Below are positions 24,225 to 36,350 of a DNA stretch of 64,000 bases, piece after piece. Made by a program: the position numbers and the translations under genes. How positions within the stretch are numbered: position 1 is the first letter of the stretch; each line of letters starts with the position of its first letter. The notes below the pieces were generated by a model. It saw nothing but the letters and a program-made list of their open reading frames with translations, was not told where the DNA came from and did no database searches. The stretch is from Octopus vulgaris (Eukaryota): contig OX597816.1 of assembly GCA_951406725.2 (NCBI GenBank), forward strand, positions 154,442,001-154,506,000, read 5' to 3'.

Positions 24225-24426
24225 TTACGGAGATGTACTCGCATAGCAAGTAATTTGATCTGAGATCGTGTGCTGAAACGAAAACAATTGCAGCGTGGGA
24301 GGTGTTTATAAGCCATTTAAGAAACACACAAAAGCCGTTCGATTCACTCCAACATTTAAGTTTAATTTGTCAAAATATTTTCGTCGCTAAAATCCGCGAC
24401 CTATTCACTGACAAAGTCCGTGCTGC
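24225..24426 (-). mobile_element. Third copy of the HHR-bearing repeat (about 200 bp) that forms the 21.7-kb palindrome
   Basis: Near-identical reverse complement of 21730-21931; the HHR core here reads GTGAATA (24366-24415). Confidence 0.92.
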
Positions 24427-24484
24427 ATCTCTGTGTATATATATATACACACACACACACACACATATGTATATAGATACATAT

Positions 24485-26414
24485 ATCATCATCATCGTTT
24501 CATGTCCATTTTCCATGCTGTCATGGGTTGGACGGCTCGACTGGGATCTGCGAAGTCAGGAAGCTGCACCAGGCTCCAATCTGATCTGATGGTGTTTCTA
24601 CAGCTAGATGCTCTTTCTAACGCCAACCACTCCGAGCGTGTAGTGGGTTCTTTTAACGTGCCACCGGCACGGGGCCCAGAGTGGCTGGCATCAACCACAA
24701 TCGAATGGTGCCTTTTACGTGCCGCTGGCACGGGATTCCAGTCACAGCGGCACTGGCATCAGCCACGTTCGGATGATGCTTTTTATGTGCTACCGGCAGT
24801 GGGGGGTCACAACTTCAATTTCCATTCGATTTGATTTTGATATTGCTGATGTTGATGGACTTGACTCAATAGGTGTCCTCAAGTATGGCATGTCGCCCTA
24901 CGATCAAGGTACTTTTGAGTGGGCTGGTTATGCAACACTGGTGTAGGTTACAGCTGGTTATGTGAAGCTGGTGTAGGATATGCCATGAACTCACTTTATT
25001 TGATGGGTCTTCTCAGTCACATCATACCTCCTGAGGTTTCGGCTTTTTGTCATTGCCTCTGTGAGGCCCAACATTGGAAGGTCATGCTTCACCACCTCAT
25101 CCCATGTCTTCATGGGTCTCCCTCTACCCCAAATACCTTTCACTGTTTGGGAGTGGCACTTCTTCACACAGCTCTCCTCGTCCATCCACAATACATGCCC
25201 ATACCAATGCAAATGTCTCTCTTGCATGCCACATCCAATGCTTCTCATGTCTAATGTTTTTCTCAGGGCGCTTACACTCTGTCGTGTGTGCACAGTGACA
25301 TTACACATCCAGCAGATCATGCTAGCTTCATTTCTTTCAAGCCCACACATGTCTTCAGCAGTCACGGCCCATGTTTCACTGCTGTGAAGCATGGCAGTTC
25401 ACACACATGCATCGTACAATCTACCTTTCACTCTGAGCGAGAGGGCCTTTGTCACCAGAAGCTTTCTGAACTTTGCCCAGGCTATTCTTATTCTAATGGT
25501 AACACTCTCTGAGCATCCACCACCAAACAGACTAGGTAGTGGAAGCTATCAATTACTTCTAGTTTCTCCCTCTGGCATGTGATGGAGTCTGTTTTCTGAG
25601 CATCTGTGGTGTTTATTGCCCCTGTTCCTCTGCTGCACATGAAAGCTATCTTCTTGGTTAATCTTCCTTTGGTGTTGCTGCACCTCTTATATGTCCATAG
25701 CTTACACTGAGTAAATCTTATGGAGTTTCTACCTACACCTTTTCTACAGATCGAGTAGAGCCACTTACCTGAAGGGGTGTGTGATGTGTCCACCTTCCTA
25801 CTTACTAGAAGTTTGGTCTTTGTAACATTGACTCGAAGGCCTTCGATTCTAAACCTGGCTTCCACACTTTGAAGTTTCTTCTCTAGTTCCGGTAGTGATT
25901 CTGTTATGAGGGCTAGGTCCTCAGCATAGAGGAGCTCCCAGGGGCAACCTGTCTTGAATTCCTCTGTTATTGCCTGGAGGACTATGATGAATAAGATGGG
26001 CTGAGGGCTGACTCTTGGTGGGCCCCTAATTCTACCTGGAATTCTTCACTATACTCATTTCCAATCGTAACCCTACTGACGGCATCTCTTTATAGGGCCA
26101 GTACACCCCTTATTAACCATTTGTCAATCCCAAGTTTCTGCATCGCCCACCAAATAAGGGATTGGGGGACCCTGTCAAACACTTTCTCCAAGTCCACAAA
26201 AGCTAAATATAGGGGTTTATCTTTAGCTAGGTATTTCTCCTGCAGTTGCCGTACAATGAATATAGCATCAGTGGTGCTTCAACCTGGCACAAAACCAAAC
26301 TGCATTTCATCTAAGCGGACTCTCTCCCTAATTAGTTGGGCTATGACCCTCTCTGTGACCATCATCACCTGATCCAGCAGTTTGATACCCCTGTAGTTAT
26401 TTCTACCTAAAGCA
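24485..26414 (-). mobile_element. 5'-truncated RTE LINE
   Basis: NYRGIKLLDQVM...MQFGFVPG, ELLYAED, LHSSETW, WYGHV, (GAT)n tail. Confidence 0.95.
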
Positions 26415-26452
26415 TATATATATATATATATATTCACACATGCAGATATATA

Positions 26453-26660
26453 GTGGCATGTGAAAAGCTCTTCCGAGTGTTGAACCTCACAGAGGTAATG
26501 ACGGAGATCTTTGGCACTGTTGTGCTTGAGAAGCCCCATTGAACCAAATAAAATTGCAGTTGTGGAAGATACTGGTGTCATGTAAATGGCATCCATTACA
26601 CTCCGAGTGGTCAGCATTAGGAAGGGCATCTAGCTGTAGAAACCATGCCAAATCTGACTG
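26453..26660 (+). mobile_element. RTE 3' UTR fragment
   Basis: cctcacagagg...gtgcttgagaag...aggaagggcatctagctgtagaaacc. Confidence 0.75.
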
Positions 26661-26859
26661 TTGCTATAATAATGAAGCTAAAGCACACAGATTGAAGCTG
26701 CTTGGCAAAGATTGACCTTGAACTGTGCTATGCATGTGCACTAAGATTTAACGCTCTAGCTCACTTCCACTTTTTATAGCAGTGCTTGGAATTAAGGTGT
26801 GTGGTGTGTAATCGTCGCATTGCCATGACAGTGAAAGCTGTCATGGTGATAACTGCTCA

Positions 26860-27235
26860 GCGGCCTACACATAGTTGCAGAAAGTGTATGGTAAGTGGTG
26901 TATGAGCTGCATAGAAGTGTACGAGTGTTTTATATGTTTCCATGGTCGTAAAAATGATGATATCGACAAATGTTCTGGGTGACCCGCAACTAGCAGAACT
27001 AAGAAAAACATCGCAGATGTGCATGCAGCTGTGAGAGGAAATTGTCAAATCACCAATTGTGAGTTATCAGAGGATGTGCAGATTAGTTAGGGTTCAGGCC
27101 ATTATCACTGAAGATTTGGGTATGTGATGCATGTCTGCCAATTTGTGTGAAAACTGCTTTTAGTTGACCAAAAAGACACTTGGATTCGAGTTGTACAAGA
27201 TCTCCTTGGTTGTATCGAAAACAGTGAATAAACAT
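26860..27235 (+). mobile_element. Mariner transposase N-terminal remnant
   Basis: SG*PATSRTKKNIADV...ELSEDVQIS...IITEDLGM...KLLLVDQKD, matching the mariner GRP/HTH and VPK(L) linker region. Confidence 0.75.
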
Positions 27236-27795
27236 TCACAGATATTGCAAATAGCTGCCTGGCTGAATAAGAATTCATTATATAGAATATAAAGAGTATA
27301 AAGTAAAAAACTCTCTGGTATATTTTGTTTTTAAATACAGTACATCTCTAAGAGATGTTTTCTCTGGACAAATGCTGCAGTGAATTGCCTTTCAGTGTTG
27401 TTTTTACATTAAATATGATACATAGATGTAATTTTAATCTAATACTGCTTCCATTGCATCACACACACACACACACATACGTATGTATGTGTATAATAAT
27501 GTGTAGCCACAGATACATGTATACACAATATACATGGTACTTTCTAAAATTTTATCTTCTTATTGATTCTTTAAGAGTGCTATACTTGTAAGCACCTTGA
27601 GTTTAAAATACTTTCGTTTTGTAGTTGTGAATATGTATTATTGTTTCTGCTCTTTCTGTTTCATGTTTGTCATCCTTCAGCAACATTAACACATATTTAC
27701 AAAAGTTCTGTATTGTGTCACAAGTCATCATTTGTTTTTAGTGAGGGCTGTTTTTATGTAATACTAAATATGTACTTTTATATTTCTATTTAGTA

Positions 27796-28009
27796 TTGGG
27801 TTGGTGCATAATTATTGCGGCTTTTTTCCAACAAATTTTATTCAACAAAAACAATACCTTCTGCCAAGCAAATGGAAAGCAGTAATTGAAGTAGATGATG
27901 AATATGCTCCGGAATAATCATTTAAAGATGTTTTTGTTACATGTTGTTATTGTTTTTGTTGAATAAAAATTTGTTAAAAAAAAGCCGCAATAATTATGCA
28001 CCAACCTAA
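27796..28009 (+). mobile_element. Mariner MITE (214 bp) with Hsmar1/MADE1-like TIRs
   Basis: TIRs of about 60 bp (TT(G/A)GGTTGGTGCATAATTATTGCGGC...) and a TA TSD; the interior encodes LPSKWKAVIEVDDEY*. Confidence 0.92.
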
Positions 28010-29879
28010 TATTTGTGTATTGTTTAGTAATGCTCTGGTGACAAATGGTTGCTTTGCAGTTGTTTGTAAGTTACATGGCATTAATTACTGTAGAATCAGA
28101 GGATTATTGATTTTGTAGTTTTGTGACCAATTGTGTGTGTGTGAGGGGGGTATGATTGTCATTTAATTACCCCAGTACTCCACTGATTAATGCACAGTGT
28201 TACTTGTTACATATTTTATTGCCCCAAACTACAAAACCAAATGGATCCAAGGAGGACTTAAACTTGGTGTATATTAAGGGATGAAATCAAGATTGGAAAT
28301 AATATTTTTATTAAAAAGCCAAGATAACTATAATGTATGATGGTAAACCATTCTATTACATTTTCAAGTCTTCTTGATTCTCATCATTCTTATTATACCA
28401 ATCTTCAATGTCTGGCCATGGGAAAATACTATCTTACTTGGAAACATTTAGGGGTTGCAAACAGGAAAGCTATCCAGATGTAGAAAATCTGCCCCAACAA
28501 ATTCTGTCCAACGCATGCAAGCATGGAAAAGTGGACACTAAAGCAATGATGATGATACTAATTTTTGTGGTAAAATAATTAGTAAAGCGTGTTACTAATT
28601 TTTGTGAGGCCATAAATAATTGCATAAGTATAGTAATTAGATGAGTTAAATAATTAGTAAATTGTTACTAATTTTTCCATTGTGCATCGTACACACACAC
28701 ACACGTATAATAAATATTACAGTGTGTGTAGAATAATGTTTGACCCTTTATTTGTGGAATAACTTAGTAGTGAAACTTCTTTTCGTTACTAACCCATAGT
28801 CATTGCAGGCGCTCTGACACTACTGAGCTTGATGTTGTTAATGTTCTGTTTAAACTGTTGCAAGTAACATTTATAATTAAGACTGGTCTCCAGGCAAGTT
28901 AACAAAGGAGCAGTTACATGGTCACTCAACATGTGAATAGCAGACAAATCTTTCTCAAATCATACCCTATTATCTTAAAATAGGTAGGACACATTAGATA
29001 ATGTAGTCCCTAGATTACATTGTTTGGAAATAAAGGTGAGATGGTCTGACCACTACAAGCTCATGAAGGAACTGTTATATGGTCTATTGACTTGTTAGAA
29101 ATAACAGCCAAATCTCCCTCAAATCACATTTGTAAAAACATAGGAATCATTGAATTATGTTGTTTTAGCTAAACTGTCTGAAAAAAAAATTTGCAAGAAT
29201 CACAGCTGGAACATCTTTGATCATTTGTCTACTTGACTCAAGGTTAAACTACTACCACTGTTGGCTAAAAATATTGATTCATAGCTTTGCTCTAATGAAA
29301 ACAATTTGTTAGCTATGCTTAATCTTTAGTGTGGTAGGCATTAGATATTTTTCTGCAGTCGTGTATTATTGACTAACCATGTCATATGACTGTTTCAATT
29401 CCCTGTAGAAACTATTTCACTTAGATTTCACTGTACATTTCCATCACAAATGTCAGTGAGCAATTTATGTAATTGTTGTTGTTGAGCCCTGAACCTGATC
29501 AAGCAAAAACCTATGGACAGACATTCCAGCTGTGAATAACCCATTTCTCTTTTCTTTTTAGATTTGCATGTGTATAGTACATTTTTGGCAACAAGTTGGA
29601 TTAATAAATTACTAGTGCATTAAGTGTTTTGTTTTAATGCTATGATTCACTAGCTGCCAAAAATACATTATATATGCAAATTGGTCTGTATGATTTACTG
29701 AAACCTTAAGTAATAGTGATTATAAGCAGTGTCTCTATGGACAGTTAAAGAGGGTACTCAGTCACTTTTTTTATGCAAAATTCAAAGAATCTCCTGTAAA
29801 TTTTGAAAGTACAAATATTTTATATCTAGACAAATGTGTGAATCTGACTTAGGGCATGCTCTCCACCTGGTATATGAAT

Positions 29880-30600
29880 CATTATGCAATACAGCCTTTT
29901 GATAATCTATTTGTAAAGTTACTTTATATTCTTCACTACAATTTTAATATTAATATGTACCTTATACTTTCTACTGAGTGTAGTGTTTGATGGTATGAAC
30001 CAATACTTGTCTATTTTGAACTCATGTCTGTATAATTGTAGACTGTAGGATCAACCACCATGATCTTCAGATTGGTGTCTGTAATATGGATATGGGTTTT
30101 CAGTCATAGTTTGTGATTGTTCAGAAATCCTTTTTGACATTTACGTTTCTTAACCAGATTTCCATTGACCACTCTTATTGATGTATCCCCAGGGTTCATG
30201 GATCATGTTCTGTTTTTTTAATCACATCAAACAACAAACGATTCCTTTCCATACATGAAATCTCAGCACAAATAATTTTCTGGGTTTGTAATCTCATATT
30301 AAATGAATTTGAACAAATGCCAATCCTCTTTCCTGGTCTTACCTTTCATTGGTAATCCTCTTTAAATAAATCACGAAGAAGCTGCTTCAGCTTTTAGTGT
30401 AACACTCTTACTCTAACACTTGGTCAATTGCTTGGTTTTTCACCCGGAAAAAGGTACAACTTAATCTCTTTCCATTCTAGGTTTATTGTAGAAGTTTGGC
30501 TGGTAATATTCATGGAAACTTGAAATACTTCAGCATATCACCCTGTTAATCCATATACACTAGTTTGTAATAGGATTCTGTTTCCTCCTCCAATTCCATC
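29880..30600 (+). mobile_element. Highly decayed CR1/L2-like LINE RT remnant
   Basis: Weak frameshifted motifs AFD (about 29895), PQGS...LF.I (about 30180-30230), NLNKC and YTSL in the expected order. Confidence 0.35.
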
Positions 30601-30944
30601 ATTCCTATTCACATTCCTATTGACAAGTCTTTAGTGTCTGTGCACACAAATTGTTTTGGGAATTATGTCTGCTCCATGTTAATCTTTGTTTTTTTTTCCA
30701 TAACAAAGCTGTCAGCTTCATATATTGCTGGTTGATTCTCCTTGTTATTATCTTGAAATCTTATTCAAGCTGCACTTACAATGTGTAGCAGTACAGGAGA
30801 AATCTAGTTACTTCTGATATGCTTAACATTCGTTGTGTATTTATTCATCAGTGCCAAAAGGAAATGTGAAAACCTAGTAATGAATATCATAACTTTGATG
30901 CATATTACTTGTATACAAGTTGCCCCAACATTCACAGACAAGCA

Positions 30945-31071
30945 TGTACAGGCTTTCTGAAGAACCACTGCAATATGTGTGTGAATCTGAGATGTTCAAT
31001 AAAATCATGATTAACTGATCCTCTTGTATTTTCTTTTATCCAAAGCTAGGAACTTTTCAGCACCCCTTGTA
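30945..31071 (+). mobile_element. Mariner 3' end with TIR
   Basis: ...CVNL... followed by ggaacttttcagcaccccttg-TA. Confidence 0.55.
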
Positions 31072-32324
31072 CATATTGATCCTGAAAATGTTTCAACTCA
31101 CATAGGAGACAGCAAAGCCGTGTTGATTAGTATCAGACAGTGCAGAAGACAACTGCCCCACCACCCATGTGTAGGATTGGCAAAAGGAATGTTAAACTTG
31201 GTAGAGATAGAGGCAGGGAGGCATCACACACACATTGTCATGCCTATATTTTCTGCCTCACCTTCTTTGATGTCCTCTCATCTCTCTAACATTCTTAGAA
31301 CTTGTCCCTTTATCACTCCAGTGCTTCTGGTTGGTTCATTTTCTGTTGACAAAATTATTTCTTTATCAAATATCTAGGTTACTTGTTCCAATCGACTGAT
31401 TTTCTAAAGTTGCCATGATCAGCTGAGTGTTTAGAGGAACACTTGTGTTTTTGAATTCTTTTTTTCTGAGGTTTTAACCACCAACAAAATTCAGTTGGTC
31501 AGTCCTTTTGTGACATCAGCAAATAGTATTTAAAAGTATTGTGTTTACTTATACAGTGATTTGAATGAAGTTAGGGTTTGAATCCTGGAGGAAGCCTGTT
31601 ACCTTTTGACTTAATTTTATTATCTTTGTTGTTTCTAGTTGTTTTAGTTGGGTTGAATAAACTTTTATATTTCTTAAGAAAACATATTTTCTTATTTAAT
31701 CAGAATTGGATAGAGGTGTTCCCACTGTATTGATATAAAGGGAAAATTTTGTGTTTGGGATGTCTGTTGCACAAACGATTTATTGCTTTGAACCCTATTG
31801 ATCTCTCAATCAAAATGTATTATTAAGAAGTTTATTGAAAATTTGAACTTTTAACATTTTCCTGTTGTGAAATTTATTGAATACTTGAATTTTAATGAAC
31901 ATTTGATTTTTTTTTTTTTAGCATGCTTTGCTACTTAAACATTTTTTCCTGTGCATTCACCTTCTCTTAAACTCAATTTTTTAAAAATTATTTACCATAG
32001 AGAAACAAAAAGAAATTCCAAAGCTGATATTGTATTTTAAATTTGTAAATATTAAAGAAAAATAGACTACAATTGGTTTTAACACTTAGATGCATTTTCA
32101 ATCTGTTGTCTCCTTGTTTTGGCATCACATGATTGCTGTAAATGAACTTTCCAGCATTCTATGAAAATGGGTCGAGCTATAAGGAAATATTTCATTGCAT
32201 GGTAAGTGTTAGCAAAAGGAGGGACATCCAGCTATAGAAAATCTTCCCCCAAAAAACTCTATCCAGAACATACAAGCATGGAAAAGTGGACGTGATGAAG
32301 AGGATGATCATACACACACACAGC

Positions 32325-32545
32325 GGTAAGAATGTGATGGTACCAAGTAGAAGCTCGCATGCAGTACCACGTTAAAAGCATCCAGCACACACTGTAAAGT
32401 AGGTTGGCAATAGGAAGGACATCCAGCCAACCATAGTAATCAGGCTAAATCAAACTGGTACCTGGTGCAGATCTCCAGCTTGCCAGCTCTGGTCAAGCTG
32501 TCCAATCCATGCCAGCATATAAAATAGACATTAAAGGATGATGAT
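32325..32545 (+). mobile_element. RTE-type 3' tail fragment
   Basis: aaagcatccagcac...aggaaggacatccagcc...ccatgccagcat...gatgatgat. Confidence 0.75.
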
Positions 32546-32578
32546 AATCTATATATATAAATATATATACATACACAG

Positions 32579-32613
<35 letters not shown>

Positions 32614-32705
32614 CAAGCGTACACGCACACATGTATGTATATATATATATATATATATGTATATTTATATATAATGTTTGTATATATGTTTATATATATA
32701 TATAT

Positions 32706-34697
32706 AAACACCCGAATGCGAGAGCTGGCGTCCCGACCCATCACATAGATAGGAATAAGCATATATGGTTTGTAATTCCCTTTGGTAAGCAGATTAGAAC
32801 TAACCTCCCCCTCATGTTTAGACAAGCCATCGCCAATAACTTCCCCAGAAATTCCAAATATTACTCCACGGTTAACTCGCATAAAGTTAGGATAGCTTTC
32901 TCCTACACTAAAAACCTCGCCCAGATAATTGCCTCCCATAATAATAGGCTGCTTACTAAGACCCATTCACCTTTTTCCGGAGGCACAGCCTCTTCCGCTC
33001 CCGGTTTAATGCTCAGTAGGAATAATTATAGTAGGAATAATGATATGAGAGCCAGTACAGTGACTCATAATCTCAGCTCCAGCCAGGGATTACACACTAG
33101 GGGTATAGTTATAAATAGGGGTGTTGTAGTTGACGGTAACAATGGCAGTAGGGTAGAGAGTCCCAATAGCATCATTTCCGGCAATAGCAGCACCACGGGC
33201 ACTAGCAATGACAGCACTCTGATAGATAGTGGAGAATCAGGGGTTATTCCGTTAGTTAATAGTGACGTAGTGGAAAATAAAGTAGTAAGCGGCTGCAGTT
33301 CTCGTAACAAATATAGTGACAGTAACGCAGTTCTAATTTCAGAAACTAATCCTAGCAGAATAAGATTCACGTCGGCGAACTCCAAGATCAGAAACGCCGT
33401 CTACCAATGCAAGGTTTACACGGACTCAGATGTCTACGCTTATGTAGGGGCCTCATCGTCAAGATTGGCGTTGCGAATCTCCAATCATTACGCAACTTTT
33501 CGAGACATGAACAAGCGCCAGACCACGGGACTCAGCAAGCTAATATGGCGATTGAAGGATACGAACTCAAGCTACAGGCTGGAATGGTCAATTTTGTCGG
33601 TGGCCCTCCCATTTGATAGGGGCAGAAGGAAGTGCAACCTTTGTGTCTCCGAACTCTTCCATATATTGTTCGCCAGAAACCGGATGGTAAACGGACTTTT
33701 ACAGTCGGCTTTTCGATGCCCCCATTGGCGGCGTTACACTTATCTGGCTTATAAATAACGCTTATAAATAATACCTGCACCCATAGCCCTTGGTAATAAA
33801 TTCTGAAATAGCCTTTAAGATAATTACGATTAACCACTGCAAGGGGAATTACTCCTGTGAGATAAACGGGGCTTTGTTTTTGACGACGGGGGGTTTCCTT
33901 GACAAGGCATGATTAGATGAACACACGCACACATAAAACATAAAATATTTTTCTGCCACCCAACGGTTTTTACTGCAGTAGCCATTGTGTAGAGCTGTTT
34001 AACAACTGACAGCCGAGCGATCAAACGCACACACATACACAAAAAATGTTTTCTACCCCTTGATGGAGTTTTCAGCAGTGACCAGAAAATAGCACTTCTT
34101 GCCAACCTGCGCCAGCACACATATATAGAACAGTAAACACACACATGTCTCTAAGTAGATTTTTTCTCGCCCCTTATAATACATCCAATATTCTTTAAAT
34201 AGTCAGAACTTTATTCTCGGTCACAAAGAACATCTACACACCCTCACCCACAGGAATGACCGCTGCCTGACCCGTTAAAATCTTCAACCACCGGTTCTCA
34301 ACATACACTGATAAACAGTTTTGCCATGAGCTCTTAGGAGCCTAGTTCGATTTGTTTTGCTCCGCCTCTGTTCTGTTTTTGTTTTTTCCAACGGATTTCC
34401 TATTTCTTCCTGAAGAGAAAGACACAATATGGTCTCATTATTCAATCGGATTTTGGTAAATTGTGCCTTTCGAAACACGTGTAGAATGAAATAAAACGAT
34501 TTCTGTTCAATCTTCGTTCAGCTCCATTTCTTCAATTCACCAATAATATTAAAATTCAATTATCCGCACTAACGCACGGTTGCAACACCATATGGTTGTA
34601 CCTCCAACCGTGCTGTCTTCTGCTGTGATTTTTGCTACCAAGGTATCGGTTAAACTTTTGATTAATCTGCTACAAGATTATTCATCTTTCTATTTCA
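32706..34697 (+). mobile_element. 5'-truncated Penelope-like element (Naiad-like C-terminus) with an open GIY-YIG ORF and a 3' UTR of about 0.9 kb
   Basis: Open frame to 33758: IWFVIPF...TNL...HNNRLL, AVYQC...YVGAS...RISNH...GLSKLIWRLK...CNLCVSE...N...CPH; CpG-rich; bounded by (TA)n. Clade name is from memory. Confidence 0.9.
34401..34493 (+). ncRNA. Type-I hammerhead ribozyme (GUA site) in the PLE 3' UTR
   Basis: tatttcttc-CTGAAGA(34410-34416)-GAAAGACACAAT...ATTGTGCCTTTC-GAAAC-ACGT-GTA-gaatgaaata. Confidence 0.85.
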
Positions 34698-34698
34698 C

Positions 34699-34734
<36 letters not shown>

Positions 34735-34870
34735 GTATGAATGCACACAGGTGTATGCATACATGTTTATAAATGTATATATGTTTATGTATATATATAT
34801 ATGTTTATATATACATATGTTTATATCGTTAGCCACTACACACATTTTATTCTCTCCTTGCTTTTTCTGT

Positions 34871-34912
34871 GTCCCTTTCTGTAGAAGAGCGTAGGCTCGA
34901 AACGTAAAAGAC
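34871..34912 (+). ncRNA. Minimal hammerhead-like motif with an A6U core (CUGUAGA) in a repeat of about 180 bp (34825-35005)
   Basis: cttt-CTGTAGA-A-GAGC-gtag-GCTC-GAAAC-GTA-aaag. Confidence 0.6.
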
Positions 34913-36114
34913 TTTTTCTATTCCTGAGCGTTATACTAATACATCTGTTTGTTTTGTACACCACCTGTCTTTGTCTTTTGTTTTTTTTTGTAAACTCTCC
35001 CTATATGTATATCAGGGACAGGCCACCTGGGTAGTGCCTACTCTGAATAAAATAGATCGATAGTAACATTTTCCTTTTATGGCAAAATATGCACCACATT
35101 CAGTAAAATTGTGAATGTTACTCTTTTTTTTTGTTTTTGTAGATTAGGTAGGCATAATTTGCCTCTGCCTTTCAATCTCAGTATTAAAGCTATGCATAGT
35201 ACTGCTGTAGCACACAAGCTGTGTACATTCCTACAAGAACATTTTCTTTATGTACTATAAAGGCAGAAGTAAATCTACCTCCATCTCAGTTGCACGCCTG
35301 TGTTTCACTTACTTTTTTGTGTTTTACTACATAAACTTCACCAATTGCCTACCCTGAGTAATTAATGAGGGCACATGCATTATATATATATATATATATT
35401 TGTGTGTCTGTGTTTGTCCCTCCACCATTGCTTGACAACCAGTGTTGGGGTGTTTTTGTCCTTGTAACTTAGTGGTTCGGCAAAATTGACTGATAGAATA
35501 AGTACTAGGCTTACAAAGAATAAGTACTGGGTGAATTTGTTCGACTAAAGGTAGTGCTCCAGCATGATTGTAAAGAATAAAAAAATACATATATATATAT
35601 TGTCAATGTTCCAAAATGTATAAATTCAAAGATTTTTATGTAATTGCCCTTATGAAAGAGATACGTAGGGAAGAAAATTTCAGCTGGTTTGAGCGAGAAA
35701 GACAAGTGAGATATAGAGAGAAAGAAAAAGTGAAACAGTATTGGAAAAAAAAGTGAGTGTGAAAGAATGACGAGGAATAGAAAGAACTGCAAAGATAATG
35801 AAAATAGCTTCCCTGTATTTGTTGTATGGCCAGAATGATTCATCTTCACATGCGTACTATTTAACATAATTTACATTGACAATTAACAATAAAACAAAAC
35901 AAAACAATATGGTCTAAATCATATTGAAGAGACCTATCCTTCTCAGGAGTATTGTTTTGCTTTGGACTTTCTATAAAGTTTAAGTATTATCTAAATTTTT
36001 AATGTGCATCCTTTGTTTGTATATGAATATCAGAAATGGTAGGTTCTTTGCAGCAGTAGTTGTCACTCCTGCTCGACAAGACCTATTTTCATCAACGGTA
36101 TTGCAGTTGTCATC

Positions 36115-36350
36115 ATTGTGTCCTTGAGCAAGATGCTTTATTTCACAGTGCTTCAGTTCACTCAGCTGGCAAAAATGAGTTGTACCTGTATTTCAAGGGG
36201 CCAGCCATGTCACACTGAATCTTGCTGAGAAGTATATGAAGGGCTACGTGTCTGTGGAGTGCTCAGCCACTTGCATGTTAATCTCACGAGCAAGCTGTTC
36301 TATTGATCGGATCAACTGGAAACCTCCTCGTTGTGACTGACGGAGTGCCA
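36115..36350 (+). mobile_element. SINE family A, 5'-truncated
   Basis: Matches 51900-52150. Confidence 0.8.

Noticed and set aside
31180-31600. Possible decayed piggyBac C-terminus on the minus strand
   Set aside because: Only faint motif echoes (PTR, scattered Cys), too weak to call without an HMM search.
32538-32705. N-terminus of the 406-aa ORF
   Set aside because: It is microsatellite read-through. The PLE sequence starts at about 32706 and has no start codon of its own.
33759-34400. SECIS or selenoprotein signal, as reported for some Naiad PLEs
   Set aside because: There is no in-frame TGA in the ORF, and I could not see an AUGA-AA-GA stem.
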